DNA from: a virus
Strand: one strand, 5' to 3'
Length of the DNA: 64,000 nt
Virus record (IMG/VR): IMGVR_UViG_3300007644_000002
Coordinates: 1 to 64,000 of that record
This document shows positions 1-8,652 of this stretch, piece by piece. Position 1 is the stretch's first letter; each line of letters starts with the position of its first letter. Position numbers and translations under genes: made by a program. The notes beneath the pieces are model-generated. The model did no database searches. It was not told where the DNA came from and was given only the letters and a program-made list of their open reading frames with translations.

Positions 1-78
1 AATAAATAATGTTGCTGCCCACTTAACATACCAATCTAGTGGATATGTTCCGTTTTTACTTTCTTCACGTGTTGTCAT
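1..78 (-). CDS. 5' part of a small membrane protein, truncated by the window edge
   Basis: ATG at 78 preceded by AAGGA; reads MTTREESKNGTYPLDWYVKWAATLFI open to position 1. Confidence 0.55.
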   Translation of the reverse strand, partial: MTTREESKNGTYPLDWYVKWAATLFI

Positions 79-93
79 AATATAATCCTTAAA

Positions 94-178
94 TGGTACG
101 AGTGAGAGGACTTGAACCTCCACTGATTTCTCAACAAGAACCTAAATCTTGCGCGTCTACCAATTTCGCCACACTCGC
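94..178 (-). tRNA. tRNA-Leu (anticodon UAG)
   Basis: Cloverleaf GCGAGTG..CACTCGT, anticodon arm CAAGA-TT-TAG-GT-TCTTG, long variable arm, GTTCAA T-loop, encoded CCA. Confidence 0.95.
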
Positions 179-182
179 ATTC

Positions 183-257
183 TGGCTCCGAAGGTTGGGA
201 TCGAACCAACGACCAATTGATTAACAGTCAACTGCTCTACCGCTGAGCTACTTCGGA
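183..257 (-). tRNA. tRNA-Asn (anticodon GUU)
   Basis: TCCGAAG/CTTCGGA acceptor stem, anticodon loop CT-GTT-AA, GGTTCGA T-loop, encoded CCA. Confidence 0.95.
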
Positions 258-283
258 ATTTCTTCTTTCTTACTAAGAACGCT

Positions 284-312
284 ATTATACTACACTATGA
301 GTTATTTGTCAA
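284..312 (-). promoter_or_regulatory. sigma70-type promoter for tRNA-Asn/Leu
   Basis: TTGACA(312-307), 17 bp spacer, TATAAT(289-284). Confidence 0.85.
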
Positions 313-686
313 CTATCTAAATCAGATAAATCAACAAAACCTTGTTCTAACCATTTTCTCTCAATTGGGGTTAACTTTATACGTTCTACTTCAGACGCTT
401 CCAATTCTAGACTATGGTTACGATAACCTTTCCTGAGAAATATCCACATATACCTCAAATAGAATCTAAGTACACCGTATCGTTTTATCTGGTAACAATG
501 CTCCAATTCATGTCTGAACAAAGTCTCTAGTGCCAATTGATTATTCATAGTATTAGCACCAATACTCATGGTAGTGAATTTTCTCGGTCTCATTATGATA
601 TAAGGATATAACACAACTCCTCGATACCGTGAGGGCCAAGGAAAGATAGAACCATCTTCTTCACGATATACTATACGGAATTTCAT
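309..686 (-). CDS. hypothetical protein with HExxH (zincin-like) motif
   Basis: RHELEHCYQ followed by a downstream LELEA glutamate. Confidence 0.55.
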   Translation of the reverse strand: MKFRIVYREEDGSIFPWPSRYRGVVLYPYIIMRPRKFTTMSIGANTMNNQLALETLFRHELEHCYQIKRYGVLRFYLRYMWIFLRKGYRNHSLELEASEVERIKLTPIERKWLEQGFVDLSDLDS

Positions 687-898
687 TACGCTGCGTTTAA
701 CTCAGTAATGGCTTGCTGAGTGAATCCTCGTTTAACCAGTTCATTACGGAACTTTGCTTTAATCTTAGGAGTCCTACATCTAGAATACTCTTCGATAAGT
801 TCAGGTGTCTGAAGTGTTTTCACGAAGAATCTCTCGGTAGTAAATTTACCGGTAGTGCGATTGTGGTGGACGACATCGTCTTTATACTTAATAGGCAT
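686..898 (-). CDS. hypothetical protein
   Basis: 70 aa ORF, stop/start coupled to the next gene. Confidence 0.7.
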   Translation of the reverse strand: MPIKYKDDVVHHNRTTGKFTTERFFVKTLQTPELIEEYSRCRTPKIKAKFRNELVKRGFTQQAITELNAA

Positions 899-920
899 TT
901 CAGTGTTCTCAGTTAATAAG

Positions 921-996
921 TGGCGTCCCGTAGGGGAGTCGAACCCCTGTTACCGCCGTGAAAGGGCGGTGTCCTAGGCCTCTAGACGAACGGGAC
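921..996 (-). tRNA. tRNA-Glu (anticodon UUC)
   Basis: GTCCCGT/ACGGGAC acceptor stem, CCGCC-CT-TTC-AC-GGCGG anticodon arm, encoded CCA. Confidence 0.96.
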
Positions 997-1000
997 TTAG

Positions 1001-1258
1001 TTAATGTAATTTTTCTATCATTATGGTAAGTTCGCCAGCATTACCACTGACGTATATAGCAGCGTCACTTATATCTACATGAACACTGTTATATTGATAG
1101 TCTGCGCAGACCTCTTCTACTGCTCGGTCTATCGCACTATCAGGACAAGTATAACATCCCACTATCCAACCCATATGGTCATATATGATATAGACATGCC
1201 GTTCAGACGATTCGTCTATTTCATGAGCAAGACCTAGTGGAGTGTTAAAATATTCCAT
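1001..1258 (-). CDS. hypothetical protein
   Basis: 85 aa ORF filling the gap between the hydrolase gene and tRNA-Glu. Confidence 0.6.
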   Translation of the reverse strand: MEYFNTPLGLAHEIDESSERHVYIIYDHMGWIVGCYTCPDSAIDRAVEEVCADYQYNSVHVDISDAAIYVSGNAGELTIMIEKLH

Positions 1259-1275
1259 ACGATTATATAGGGAAA

Positions 1276-1782
1276 TTATAGCGTCTCCAAATAAAATATA
1301 TGGTCACCTATCCCACCGATGAGTATCATACTTTCATTCCAGAAAGGGTCAACATAATCAGTATGATAGTGAGTAGCACCCTCAGTCAATCCTCTATACT
1401 TACCTACCGAAAGCATTTGTGTCGCAACAGATAATGAACGATACCACGCATCCATTTCACTGGGGGTGTCTGTCTTACCATCACAATACCATGAAAACTG
1501 ACACTTATTGCGAACTGGGTAACCTTCCCACAAACGTGCTTGGTGTACCACTTCGCATACTGTATCAGGGAATCGATTAGACTCAACCCTATTGAGTACT
1601 ACATCAGCAACCGCATACTGACCAGCAAGACTCTCTGAACGTGCTTCGTGGTAGATATTCATCGCGAGACATCTAACGTCTGGTTGGATATCAGTATACG
1701 AAGTGGGAGCAGATTCACTGATTACTGGAAGAGTGATTAGACCTACTAGTGACATTGACGCAACTATTAACTTCATGTTCAT
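1276..1782 (-). CDS. SleB/Hydrolase_2 family cell wall hydrolase
   Basis: N-terminal signal-like segment; CLAMNIYHEARSE, VVLNRV, CQFSWYCDG, GATHYH, IGDHIFY motifs. Confidence 0.9.
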   Translation of the reverse strand: MNMKLIVASMSLVGLITLPVISESAPTSYTDIQPDVRCLAMNIYHEARSESLAGQYAVADVVLNRVESNRFPDTVCEVVHQARLWEGYPVRNKCQFSWYCDGKTDTPSEMDAWYRSLSVATQMLSVGKYRGLTEGATHYHTDYVDPFWNESMILIGGIGDHIFYLETL

Positions 1783-1949
1783 TATATGTACCTCTTGAAG
1801 ATATAATTATGCGTTTCTGAAATAAGATAGAACATAGCAGGAATAGAGGCAAAAACAACAGCTGTATCAGCAACACCAAACGTATTTCTCTGATATACCG
1901 CAGCACTTACGACTAAGATACTTAGAATACAAAACACAATAGATTTCAT
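1782..1949 (-). CDS. small membrane protein (start likely 1949)
   Basis: AAGGAG Shine-Dalgarno before ATG at 1949; two hydrophobic segments. Confidence 0.6.
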   Translation of the reverse strand: MKSIVFCILSILVVSAAVYQRNTFGVADTAVVFASIPAMFYLISETHNYIFKRYI

Positions 1950-1973
1950 GTGGTCTCCTTTAGTTAATGGTAC

Positions 1974-2002
1974 ATTATACACGAGACCCGAAACTTTGTC
2001 AA
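1974..2002 (-). promoter_or_regulatory. sigma70-type promoter
   Basis: TTGACA(2002-1997), 17 bp spacer, TATAAT(1979-1974). Confidence 0.85.
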
Positions 2003-2015
2003 GGCATTTTAAAGC

Positions 2016-2042
2016 AAAAAAAAGAGACCGCTAGGGTCTCTT
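2016..2042 (-). terminator. intrinsic terminator
   Basis: AAGAGACC-CTAGC-GGTCTCTT stem followed by a T run. Confidence 0.85.
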
Positions 2043-2063
2043 CTTAAACTACCAGTAAACCGG

Positions 2064-2747
2064 CTATTTCTTCTGCTGTGCGATCCACTTCTTCGCTATA
2101 GGGTTTTCTATAGGCGACTTAGTAAACCTAGTAGCATCACGGTATGCGCGTACAGTCTCTTGTTTGTAGTCTTTACCTTCAGAGTTGTCCACAACTAGAA
2201 AGTTCTTCTTACCGAACATCTGTTGGAACTTACCAATATTACGTTGTACTGCTTTCCAGTATTTGGTTGCCTCTGCTGCGCCGATAGTACGTTCGCGTTC
2301 AGCGTCTCGTTTAACAGCAGTGTCCACATCAGTGTTCACAAAGACCATTGCGACATCATAACCAATCTCACGTAACGAAGCTGCCTGTTTAGCAATCTTG
2401 TCGGGGTCTTTACCCGTACCATCGATAACGAGACCAAGACGACCTTTAATGTACATCGCCTGTTTGGTACCTGTTAGTGCCTTCGCTTTACCGCGAAGTT
2501 CTTGTCCTTGAACAGAGAAGATATTATCGGGATTCATTTCCATCCCAGCCTTCTTCATTGCTGCTTCGAATGCGTCATCAGAGTTAACAACTTTATAACC
2601 CATTGAGGTCAATCCAGTCTTACCTACGATAAATGATTTGCCAGAGCCTGGCCCACCCGCAAGAAAGATTGCCTTGAAGATCGCGGGGTCATTGACCCCT
2701 TCTTGTAAGTAAGTATTGAATGATTTTACCACGGTTGAAGTGCCCAT
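2064..2747 (-). CDS. P-loop kinase (zeta-toxin/AAA_33-like)
   Basis: Walker A GGPGSGKS, VVNSDD, LVIDGTG, R-x-x-x-R-x-R lid. Confidence 0.75.
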   Translation of the reverse strand: MGTSTVVKSFNTYLQEGVNDPAIFKAIFLAGGPGSGKSFIVGKTGLTSMGYKVVNSDDAFEAAMKKAGMEMNPDNIFSVQGQELRGKAKALTGTKQAMYIKGRLGLVIDGTGKDPDKIAKQAASLREIGYDVAMVFVNTDVDTAVKRDAERERTIGAAEATKYWKAVQRNIGKFQQMFGKKNFLVVDNSEGKDYKQETVRAYRDATRFTKSPIENPIAKKWIAQQKK

Positions 2748-3010
2748 AACTGTAATGCTGACTCTACAAGGTCTGCTTTCTTAGTAGGTAGACGATCTGC
2801 CGGAAAACCAAGACTCTGTCGTTTCAGTTGAATAAAGACTTTTAGTTCTTTAACAGTCATGGCATTCAACAATGCTCGTTCTGCTTCTTTCGCTTCTTCA
2901 GACGGGCCGGTAAGTACAGTTCGAGTATTCTCACCTCTCTTACTTAACCACACTCCGACTAGCACAGCGACTATTACAAAAAGACCGATTGTTAACGTAG
3001 TATCACTCAT
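2726..3010 (-). CDS. membrane-anchored protein with small helical (SAP/Rho-N-like) C-terminal domain
   Basis: N-terminal TM helix; LNAMTVKELK...KKADLV pattern. Confidence 0.55.
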   Translation of the reverse strand: MSDTTLTIGLFVIVAVLVGVWLSKRGENTRTVLTGPSEEAKEAERALLNAMTVKELKVFIQLKRQSLGFPADRLPTKKADLVESALQLWALQPW

Positions 3011-3051
3011 AATTTTTTGCCTATATTAATTAATGTTAGGTTATTTTACTT

Positions 3052-3059
3052 TATTTATA
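3052..3059 (-). promoter_or_regulatory. T4-type late promoter
   Basis: TATAAATA upstream of ORF 3010. Confidence 0.75.
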
Positions 3060-3071
3060 CAAATAGTAAGT

Positions 3072-3866
3072 TTAAGTTTCAATACTATCAAATTCTGCTA
3101 ACATGAGATCTGACCATACATGCTGAGTCTTCTCGCCCGGATGACCAAACTCTTTAACGTCCTGAAGTTTTTTGGCGGTAACATACATACATGGGCCTTT
3201 ACCTAGTCCGTATCTACTTCTTGGTCTTAGAGCACCTAGAGCATCCTTCACCCACCTATTGTACATTGGAGTATCTCCGATAAACCCCACGTTGTGGTCG
3301 GGGCAGACCCCGACCTTCGGGTCTTTGAGGTTAAGAACTCCGAGCAAGTTAGACCAACTGCGATAGTGGAAAACTCCCTGTATGAGTTTAATACCAAGTG
3401 CGTCACACATCACTTCCATAGTCTTCATCATGGTAAGGTGGTGCATGATGTCTGTACGGGAATCATAAGCTTCGTTATAATAGTGTGCTAATATGTCCCG
3501 TTTCTTTTTAGTTCCAATAGTAGCGGTACGTACCGGAGAGTACTGAGTAGCATTCTCCGGTCGGTTTAGTCCAACAACGTTTTCACGAGACATTCGCATA
3601 TATTCGACAACTTCTGCCCGTTGCCATGCCGACCATATCACAACCATGTGAGTCGGATTCTCTAACTCAGGATTGTGAAGGTGATCGGTTACAGCACGGA
3701 ATATTCTGTCATTAGATGAACCACATACACCTAAGTTGACATAATCCATATTCAGTTTTTTCGCAAGAATAGAAGTCCATGTTTTGTCCCAATGTTCAGG
3801 TGGGTTACGGTCGAACCCCTCTAACTCATCTCCCCATACAAAGCTACAACCAGCAGTCAACAACAT
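3072..3866 (-). CDS. SGNH hydrolase-like protein
   Basis: GCSFVWG nucleophile block, NLGVCGSSN block, C-terminal GHP. Confidence 0.7.
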   Translation of the reverse strand: MLLTAGCSFVWGDELEGFDRNPPEHWDKTWTSILAKKLNMDYVNLGVCGSSNDRIFRAVTDHLHNPELENPTHMVVIWSAWQRAEVVEYMRMSRENVVGLNRPENATQYSPVRTATIGTKKKRDILAHYYNEAYDSRTDIMHHLTMMKTMEVMCDALGIKLIQGVFHYRSWSNLLGVLNLKDPKVGVCPDHNVGFIGDTPMYNRWVKDALGALRPRSRYGLGKGPCMYVTAKKLQDVKEFGHPGEKTQHVWSDLMLAEFDSIET

Positions 3867-3906
3867 GTAATACTGTCCCTAATTAGTAATTAATTTATGA
3901 GAGTAT

Positions 3907-4344
3907 TTATACTACTTCAGAATCGTGCTCTAAGTCATGTATGTACAGTTGAATCAACGAGTAGTGTAACACTTTAATAATGTCCTTACGCCACTCTTTA
4001 GGAGTCTCACCCTTCTTACCATAACGTTTTAAATACTTCTTAGCGTTACCGATACAAAACCCTGTTCCATGCCCATCGTCAATAATATCTTCGGTCGCCT
4101 GAATCTTACCGCCGGCATAGTGTTGGTTATAAGTTGAATCAATGTACAACCGTAATTCATCGAGTAACTGACCTTCACGGAACTTATATGGTGTAGACTT
4201 CTTATCGGCATCAAGGAGAGCGACTAGTTTGTCGTATCCAATGGATTCTTTAGGGGCCCTTACACCAAACCCAGCCTTATCCCACCCTGCGGGAGTTGCG
4301 TCATTCAATCGACTAGCAAGTTCTTGTTCTGAATAATGACTCAT
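3907..4344 (-). CDS. DUF3310 / T7 gp1.7-like putative nucleotide kinase
   Basis: QHYAGGKIQ, GFCIGNAKKYLKRYGKK, KDIIKVLHY. Confidence 0.65.
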   Translation of the reverse strand: MSHYSEQELASRLNDATPAGWDKAGFGVRAPKESIGYDKLVALLDADKKSTPYKFREGQLLDELRLYIDSTYNQHYAGGKIQATEDIIDDGHGTGFCIGNAKKYLKRYGKKGETPKEWRKDIIKVLHYSLIQLYIHDLEHDSEVV

Positions 4345-4580
4345 ATGAACAACTCCTCGTACAAATCAAAGACCTCATTAGTTTCAGAACGAGCTTCATC
4401 TAGATTTCGTTTATGATAGATGTTGGCAATCTTACGAAAGTGTTTCTTATCAATCTCGTACTTTTCAGCAGTAACGTCGACGATATCTTTCATCAACTCA
4501 CGTTCCGCTTCGATACGTAACATGCTATCGGACATTTCTCTTACCGCCGCAGCGACTTTATCTTTATCTGCTAAAATCAT
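4341..4580 (-). CDS. T4 DsbA-like dsDNA-binding protein
   Basis: 79 aa helical protein with SDSMLRIEAERE and FRKIANIYHK, resembling T4 DsbA/GapR. Confidence 0.65.
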   Translation of the reverse strand: MILADKDKVAAAVREMSDSMLRIEAERELMKDIVDVTAEKYEIDKKHFRKIANIYHKRNLDEARSETNEVFDLYEELFI

Positions 4581-4849
4581 TATAGTATAATCCCACTAGT
4601 TGCTCGTGTATATTCCTTAGAAAAGTCTTGATTTGTTTCAGTAACAAACACATACTGTTGGAATGCCACAGACCTAGTGTCTTCATCACTAGTCATACAA
4701 ATACCACGGGCAAAACCAACACCCTGATCACCATGAATTAACATACGTGGGTCTTTTAGTGTTACCACTCCATTGGAGTTCATAGATTCAAACTTACCTA
4801 CATATTCGCCACTTACCGTGACTACTGTTACCACATCATTTAATTTCAT
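4580..4849 (-). CDS. hypothetical protein, possible Sm-like fold
   Basis: VTVVTVSGEYVGKF...VTLKDPR beta pattern; C-terminal SGIIL. Confidence 0.55.
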   Translation of the reverse strand: MKLNDVVTVVTVSGEYVGKFESMNSNGVVTLKDPRMLIHGDQGVGFARGICMTSDEDTRSVAFQQYVFVTETNQDFSKEYTRATSGIIL

Positions 4850-5526
4850 TCTTCACTCTCAATTTCATCAATTAACATATCACGCATCGCTCTCGCTTGC
4901 GCATCTTCAGGGTTATTCACACTACCACCATTAACAAACTTATATGCTAGTGTAATGCGTTGACATCCTGCGTAAGCAGCGTGCCAACAGTGTAAATCTT
5001 CTTCTTCTCCAGAACCAAAATAATAGTGTCTAGCTTGCCATCCAGGCACATCTTGGATACGAACTATTTCGTCAGTCTTCTTATCATAGTACTCAAAGTA
5101 ACCATCACCAGTCTCAGACCAAGTGAATAGTATTTGATAAGCGTTCGCATCATAGTTAGTATGCCATCCGACAAAACCGCCTGGCGGGTAATAGGAGAGT
5201 AATGCGGACGTGTGTGCTCCAATCTCCGCAGCGAAGTCATACTTGACCTTCTGCATAAAGTCTCCCCACATTTCCTTATCTTCACGTACCATCTTAGAGA
5301 TAGGTTGCGCAAAGTAACGGTCGGGTGGGCCTACTAACTCAGGGTATCTAGATAGACAATCATCAAGATACTCACGAGACGTATAGTAAATACCTTTGTT
5401 GATATCTTCAACTTCGTGGTATGTCCAATACTTCTCATTATTGTAAGAAGGTTTTGATAACATCTCTTGCGAGAAACCATCGAGAACCTTTAACAACTCT
5501 TTATTCCTAATAACAACTTCGCTCAT
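4846..5526 (-). CDS. 2OG-Fe(II)/DSBH oxygenase-like protein, paralog 1
   Basis: YYPPGGFVGWHTN...HCWHAA...RITLAY; paralogs at 34402 and 62127. Confidence 0.6.
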   Translation of the reverse strand: MSEVVIRNKELLKVLDGFSQEMLSKPSYNNEKYWTYHEVEDINKGIYYTSREYLDDCLSRYPELVGPPDRYFAQPISKMVREDKEMWGDFMQKVKYDFAAEIGAHTSALLSYYPPGGFVGWHTNYDANAYQILFTWSETGDGYFEYYDKKTDEIVRIQDVPGWQARHYYFGSGEEEDLHCWHAAYAGCQRITLAYKFVNGGSVNNPEDAQARAMRDMLIDEIESEE

Positions 5527-5529
5527 AAA

Positions 5530-5718
5530 TCACTTCTTGTTTAACGTAAAACTTCCATCGATTAATTGTTTCCATTGTAACACATCGCCCACCTTCAAGT
5601 CAAGGGCTTCCATGAGTTCATCAGAGAATTCTATAGCAAGCTCTCCATCTTCCACTTCAACTATAGGGCAGGTGAATATATTTTTATCTTCCGCGTCGCT
5701 CATTTTCAAATCGTTCAT
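5530..5718 (-). CDS. AbrB/MazE-like DNA-binding domain protein
   Basis: LAIEFSDELMEALDLKVGDVLQW pattern. Confidence 0.65.
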   Translation of the reverse strand: MNDLKMSDAEDKNIFTCPIVEVEDGELAIEFSDELMEALDLKVGDVLQWKQLIDGSFTLNKK

Positions 5719-5872
5719 TGGCTGTTTTAATATCCTCGTCAGTTAACACATCATAGTTCGTTAAGTAATTTATAGTGTTGGCAATACCGCTCGCTAATCC
5801 AGACCGTCTACCTATCCTATAGGCAATAGCAATAACTGCCAACGCAATTACGGTGTGTAGTATTGGATCCAT
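5684..5872 (-). CDS. small membrane protein
   Basis: N-terminal hydrophobic helix; AAGGA before ATG. Confidence 0.6.
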   Translation of the reverse strand: MDPILHTVIALAVIAIAYRIGRRSGLASGIANTINYLTNYDVLTDEDIKTANERFENERRGR

Positions 5873-5883
5873 TATAGGATTCC

Positions 5884-7284
5884 TTATAGTTTGAAGTCAG
5901 AAAAATTAGATCTCTCCGTTAACAGTCTCTGGCCAGATGCGCTATTATCGAACGCTGGGCCATTGTCCTCTTCTTTATTTAGAGGCGAATCATTCTGGTC
6001 AACATCATACAATCGCATCTTACTTCTATCTACACCGATAACGAATCTCTGGTTCGCACCAAGGTCGTTATATCGGTTCTTTAACTGTTTCACTAATATC
6101 TGATTTGACGCTTTAAGTTCGTCATTCACTATGAGCGCAAACATAAGGTCTGCGGTCGCAGGCAATCCAAAAGACTCAGACGTATCTTCCAATCCGACAT
6201 CATCATTATTGTAACCACCACGAGTAGTTTGTGTCGCCGACACGACAGGCACGTCAAACTCGACAGCAAGTCCACGTAACTCTTCAGCAATTGACTTGAT
6301 GTAACTATAAGAGTTGATTGACCCACCCATACCCTTCATACGCGCACTTGAACAAATGTTCAGATAGTCAATGAAAATAATATCAGGTATCATATTACGT
6401 TTAAGTTTTAGCTCATTCAGTAACGCACGGAAGTGATTAGCATGAGCGGAACCAGTTGGATACTCTTTAATGATTAACTTACCATTAGTCTTAGTAGCAA
6501 TATTCTGAACCTTCTTAGTAAATGAATCTTTACTGAGATGTTCTAATTGATCAATAGGGACATTCAGTAAGTTCGCATCAATACGTTCTGCGATACGTTC
6601 TTCGGACATCTCCATAGTGATGTATAGGACGTTCTTACCCTGAGACAGAGCAGAAGCTGCCATATGGCACATGAACAGAGACTTACCAACACCAGTACCC
6701 GCAAGAGCGATGTTCAATGTCTTCTTAGGTAGACCGCCTTTAGTAATACGATTGAAATAGTCTAAATCAAATTCTAGACGTTCTTCTTCCAAGTGGTAGA
6801 AATCAAAACGTTCATCAGCGTTATCAATATAGTCGTGACCAATGTTAGTATCGAACGATACGGACAGGGCTTTAGACAGTACATCAGGAATAGCATTCTT
6901 ACCCAACTCAGCGTGTTTGCCGTCGATGATAGAGATAGACTCCATGACAGCATTAAACACCGCACGGTCTTGACACCACTTCTCAGTGCGCTCAAGTAAC
7001 CACTCTAAGTTTTCCTCAGAGTAATTGAAGATGTCCGGAAGGATATCCATAGCATGACGGTACTGCTCGTCAGTGAGACGGTCAGTACTGTCCAGTTCAA
7101 TCTTGAAAGCTTCCTTAGAGGGAAGACGATTGAACTTAGCAATGAACTTAGTAAACTCTTTGAAGAGTGCCTGATAGACACCCTCAAAGTAGTCAGGATT
7201 TATAAACGCTGCGACCTTACGTGTGTAAGGATCATTAGTCAATAGATTCCGTAGAATCGTCTGTTGTAGATTGATTTCCGTCAC
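5884..7284 (-). CDS. 41: replicative DNA helicase gp41 (DnaB-like); GTG start at 7284 likely
   Basis: LAGTGVGKS Walker A, YITMEMSEE, IFIDYLNI, SATQTTR, SESFGLPATAD, KQLKNRY. Confidence 0.95.
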   Translation of the reverse strand: MTEINLQQTILRNLLTNDPYTRKVAAFINPDYFEGVYQALFKEFTKFIAKFNRLPSKEAFKIELDSTDRLTDEQYRHAMDILPDIFNYSEENLEWLLERTEKWCQDRAVFNAVMESISIIDGKHAELGKNAIPDVLSKALSVSFDTNIGHDYIDNADERFDFYHLEEERLEFDLDYFNRITKGGLPKKTLNIALAGTGVGKSLFMCHMAASALSQGKNVLYITMEMSEERIAERIDANLLNVPIDQLEHLSKDSFTKKVQNIATKTNGKLIIKEYPTGSAHANHFRALLNELKLKRNMIPDIIFIDYLNICSSARMKGMGGSINSYSYIKSIAEELRGLAVEFDVPVVSATQTTRGGYNNDDVGLEDTSESFGLPATADLMFALIVNDELKASNQILVKQLKNRYNDLGANQRFVIGVDRSKMRLYDVDQNDSPLNKEEDNGPAFDNSASGQRLLTERSNFSDFKL

Positions 7285-7600
7285 TTGCTGCTCCAATTGA
7301 ACCATCTTTAATTGCTAGTTCTATTACATCAATTAATATATCTGTGCAAAACTGCTGCAACTCTTCATTTACGAGATTGACCGTCTCAGGATAGCGTGTG
7401 GAGACGACATCAAAATTAAACTTTAATTGAGTCTCTTCACCTTCACCATCAAGTTGTACATTTTTATAACGGATTCTACTCCCATCAAATGGAGCACGTA
7501 GAATCATTACTTCCCACGTTTGACTATCGTCCTGCGCGTACGCAGGCACTAATTCGTAATCAACACCTTGACTAGGTTTATCTAAATCTAACGCTCTCAT
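7235..7600 (-). CDS. hypothetical protein at the T4 gp40 position
   Basis: 121 aa ORF between uvsX and 41; positional inference only. Confidence 0.5.
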   Translation of the reverse strand: MRALDLDKPSQGVDYELVPAYAQDDSQTWEVMILRAPFDGSRIRYKNVQLDGEGEETQLKFNFDVVSTRYPETVNLVNEELQQFCTDILIDVIELAIKDGSIGAASDGNQSTTDDSTESID

Positions 7601-8652
7601 TCAATTATCTCCTTTAACGCATCAAGTGTATCTAAGTTGATGGGGCTATTATACCCTATTTGATAGGTCTTGGCAAGGAATTCTTTGAAATCACTTTCAG
7701 AAAAGATAGGTTCCCAGAATTCTTCGGTTAGAGTGTCCTTGGTACGAAACTTCTTATCTTCTGCTTCGGTGCCATGACAACGCGAATACCAACCATTACT
7801 TGGTTTGATAACATATCCACCAGCCAAGGCAACCTCGAGCAGACCAGACCACTTCTGTACACCACCTTCCCAAGATACGCCAATCGGAATCTTCGACTGT
7901 TCTTTCACATATCGAGACTTCTCAACCTTGATGATGAAGTTGTAACCAGTGATTTCCATGCCAGTCTTTTCTTGTTGACGGCCAATAATCCAAATGTTAT
8001 CAGCTGAGTAATAGATGCCGGTGCCGCCACTAACCACATCTTTCGGAAACAAACCAATCTCTTTATAAGTGTGATTGATTGCCAACATTGGAATGTTCTT
8101 CATCGCAAGATACGGAGTACACATTCTGAACAGACCCTTCAGTGCCTTCGCACGTGACATGTCCGCAACACCTTTCTCGCTCAAGGCATCGTCCAGTTCT
8201 TTTTTAGACGCAAGGTTACCAATAGAGTCAATGACAATGATTACATCGTCGTCACGGTCTAGTTCTTCAAGCTGACTAATCAAGTCAAACTTCAAGTCTT
8301 CGACGTGTTTGATAGGCGTGTGTAACACACGAGAGGTATCAATACCAAACTGCTCGAAGTATGATTGAGGCGATCCAAACTCTGAATCATAGAACAACAT
8401 AACCGCATCTTTCTTCGCTTTCAGGTAAGCACCTGCCATCAACAATGCGAATGAAGTCTTGAAGTGTTTAGATGGGCCTGCAAGAACAGTTAGACCTGGC
8501 GCCACACCCCCATCAACAGAACCCGATAAAGCGACGTTCACCATTGGAACGTCGGTCGGTATCATATCTTTTGCTGTAAAGAATTTACTCGTACTGAGAA
8601 CTTCAGTCTCTTTAATCTTAGAGTTCTTCTTTAGTTTGTCCATTATACTCAT
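7597..8652 (-). CDS. uvsX: UvsX RecA-like recombinase
   Basis: AGPSKHFKT, FYDSEFG, IVIDSIGNLASKKE, GGTGIYYSAD. Confidence 0.95.
   Translation of the reverse strand: MSIMDKLKKNSKIKETEVLSTSKFFTAKDMIPTDVPMVNVALSGSVDGGVAPGLTVLAGPSKHFKTSFALLMAGAYLKAKKDAVMLFYDSEFGSPQSYFEQFGIDTSRVLHTPIKHVEDLKFDLISQLEELDRDDDVIIVIDSIGNLASKKELDDALSEKGVADMSRAKALKGLFRMCTPYLAMKNIPMLAINHTYKEIGLFPKDVVSGGTGIYYSADNIWIIGRQQEKTGMEITGYNFIIKVEKSRYVKEQSKIPIGVSWEGGVQKWSGLLEVALAGGYVIKPSNGWYSRCHGTEAEDKKFRTKDTLTEEFWEPIFSESDFKEFLAKTYQIGYNSPINLDTLDALKEIIE

Noticed and set aside
1262-1290. Possible sigma70 promoter before ORF 1258
   Set aside because: TATAAT is present, but the -35 is poor (TTGGAG) and the -10 is only 3 nt from the ATG
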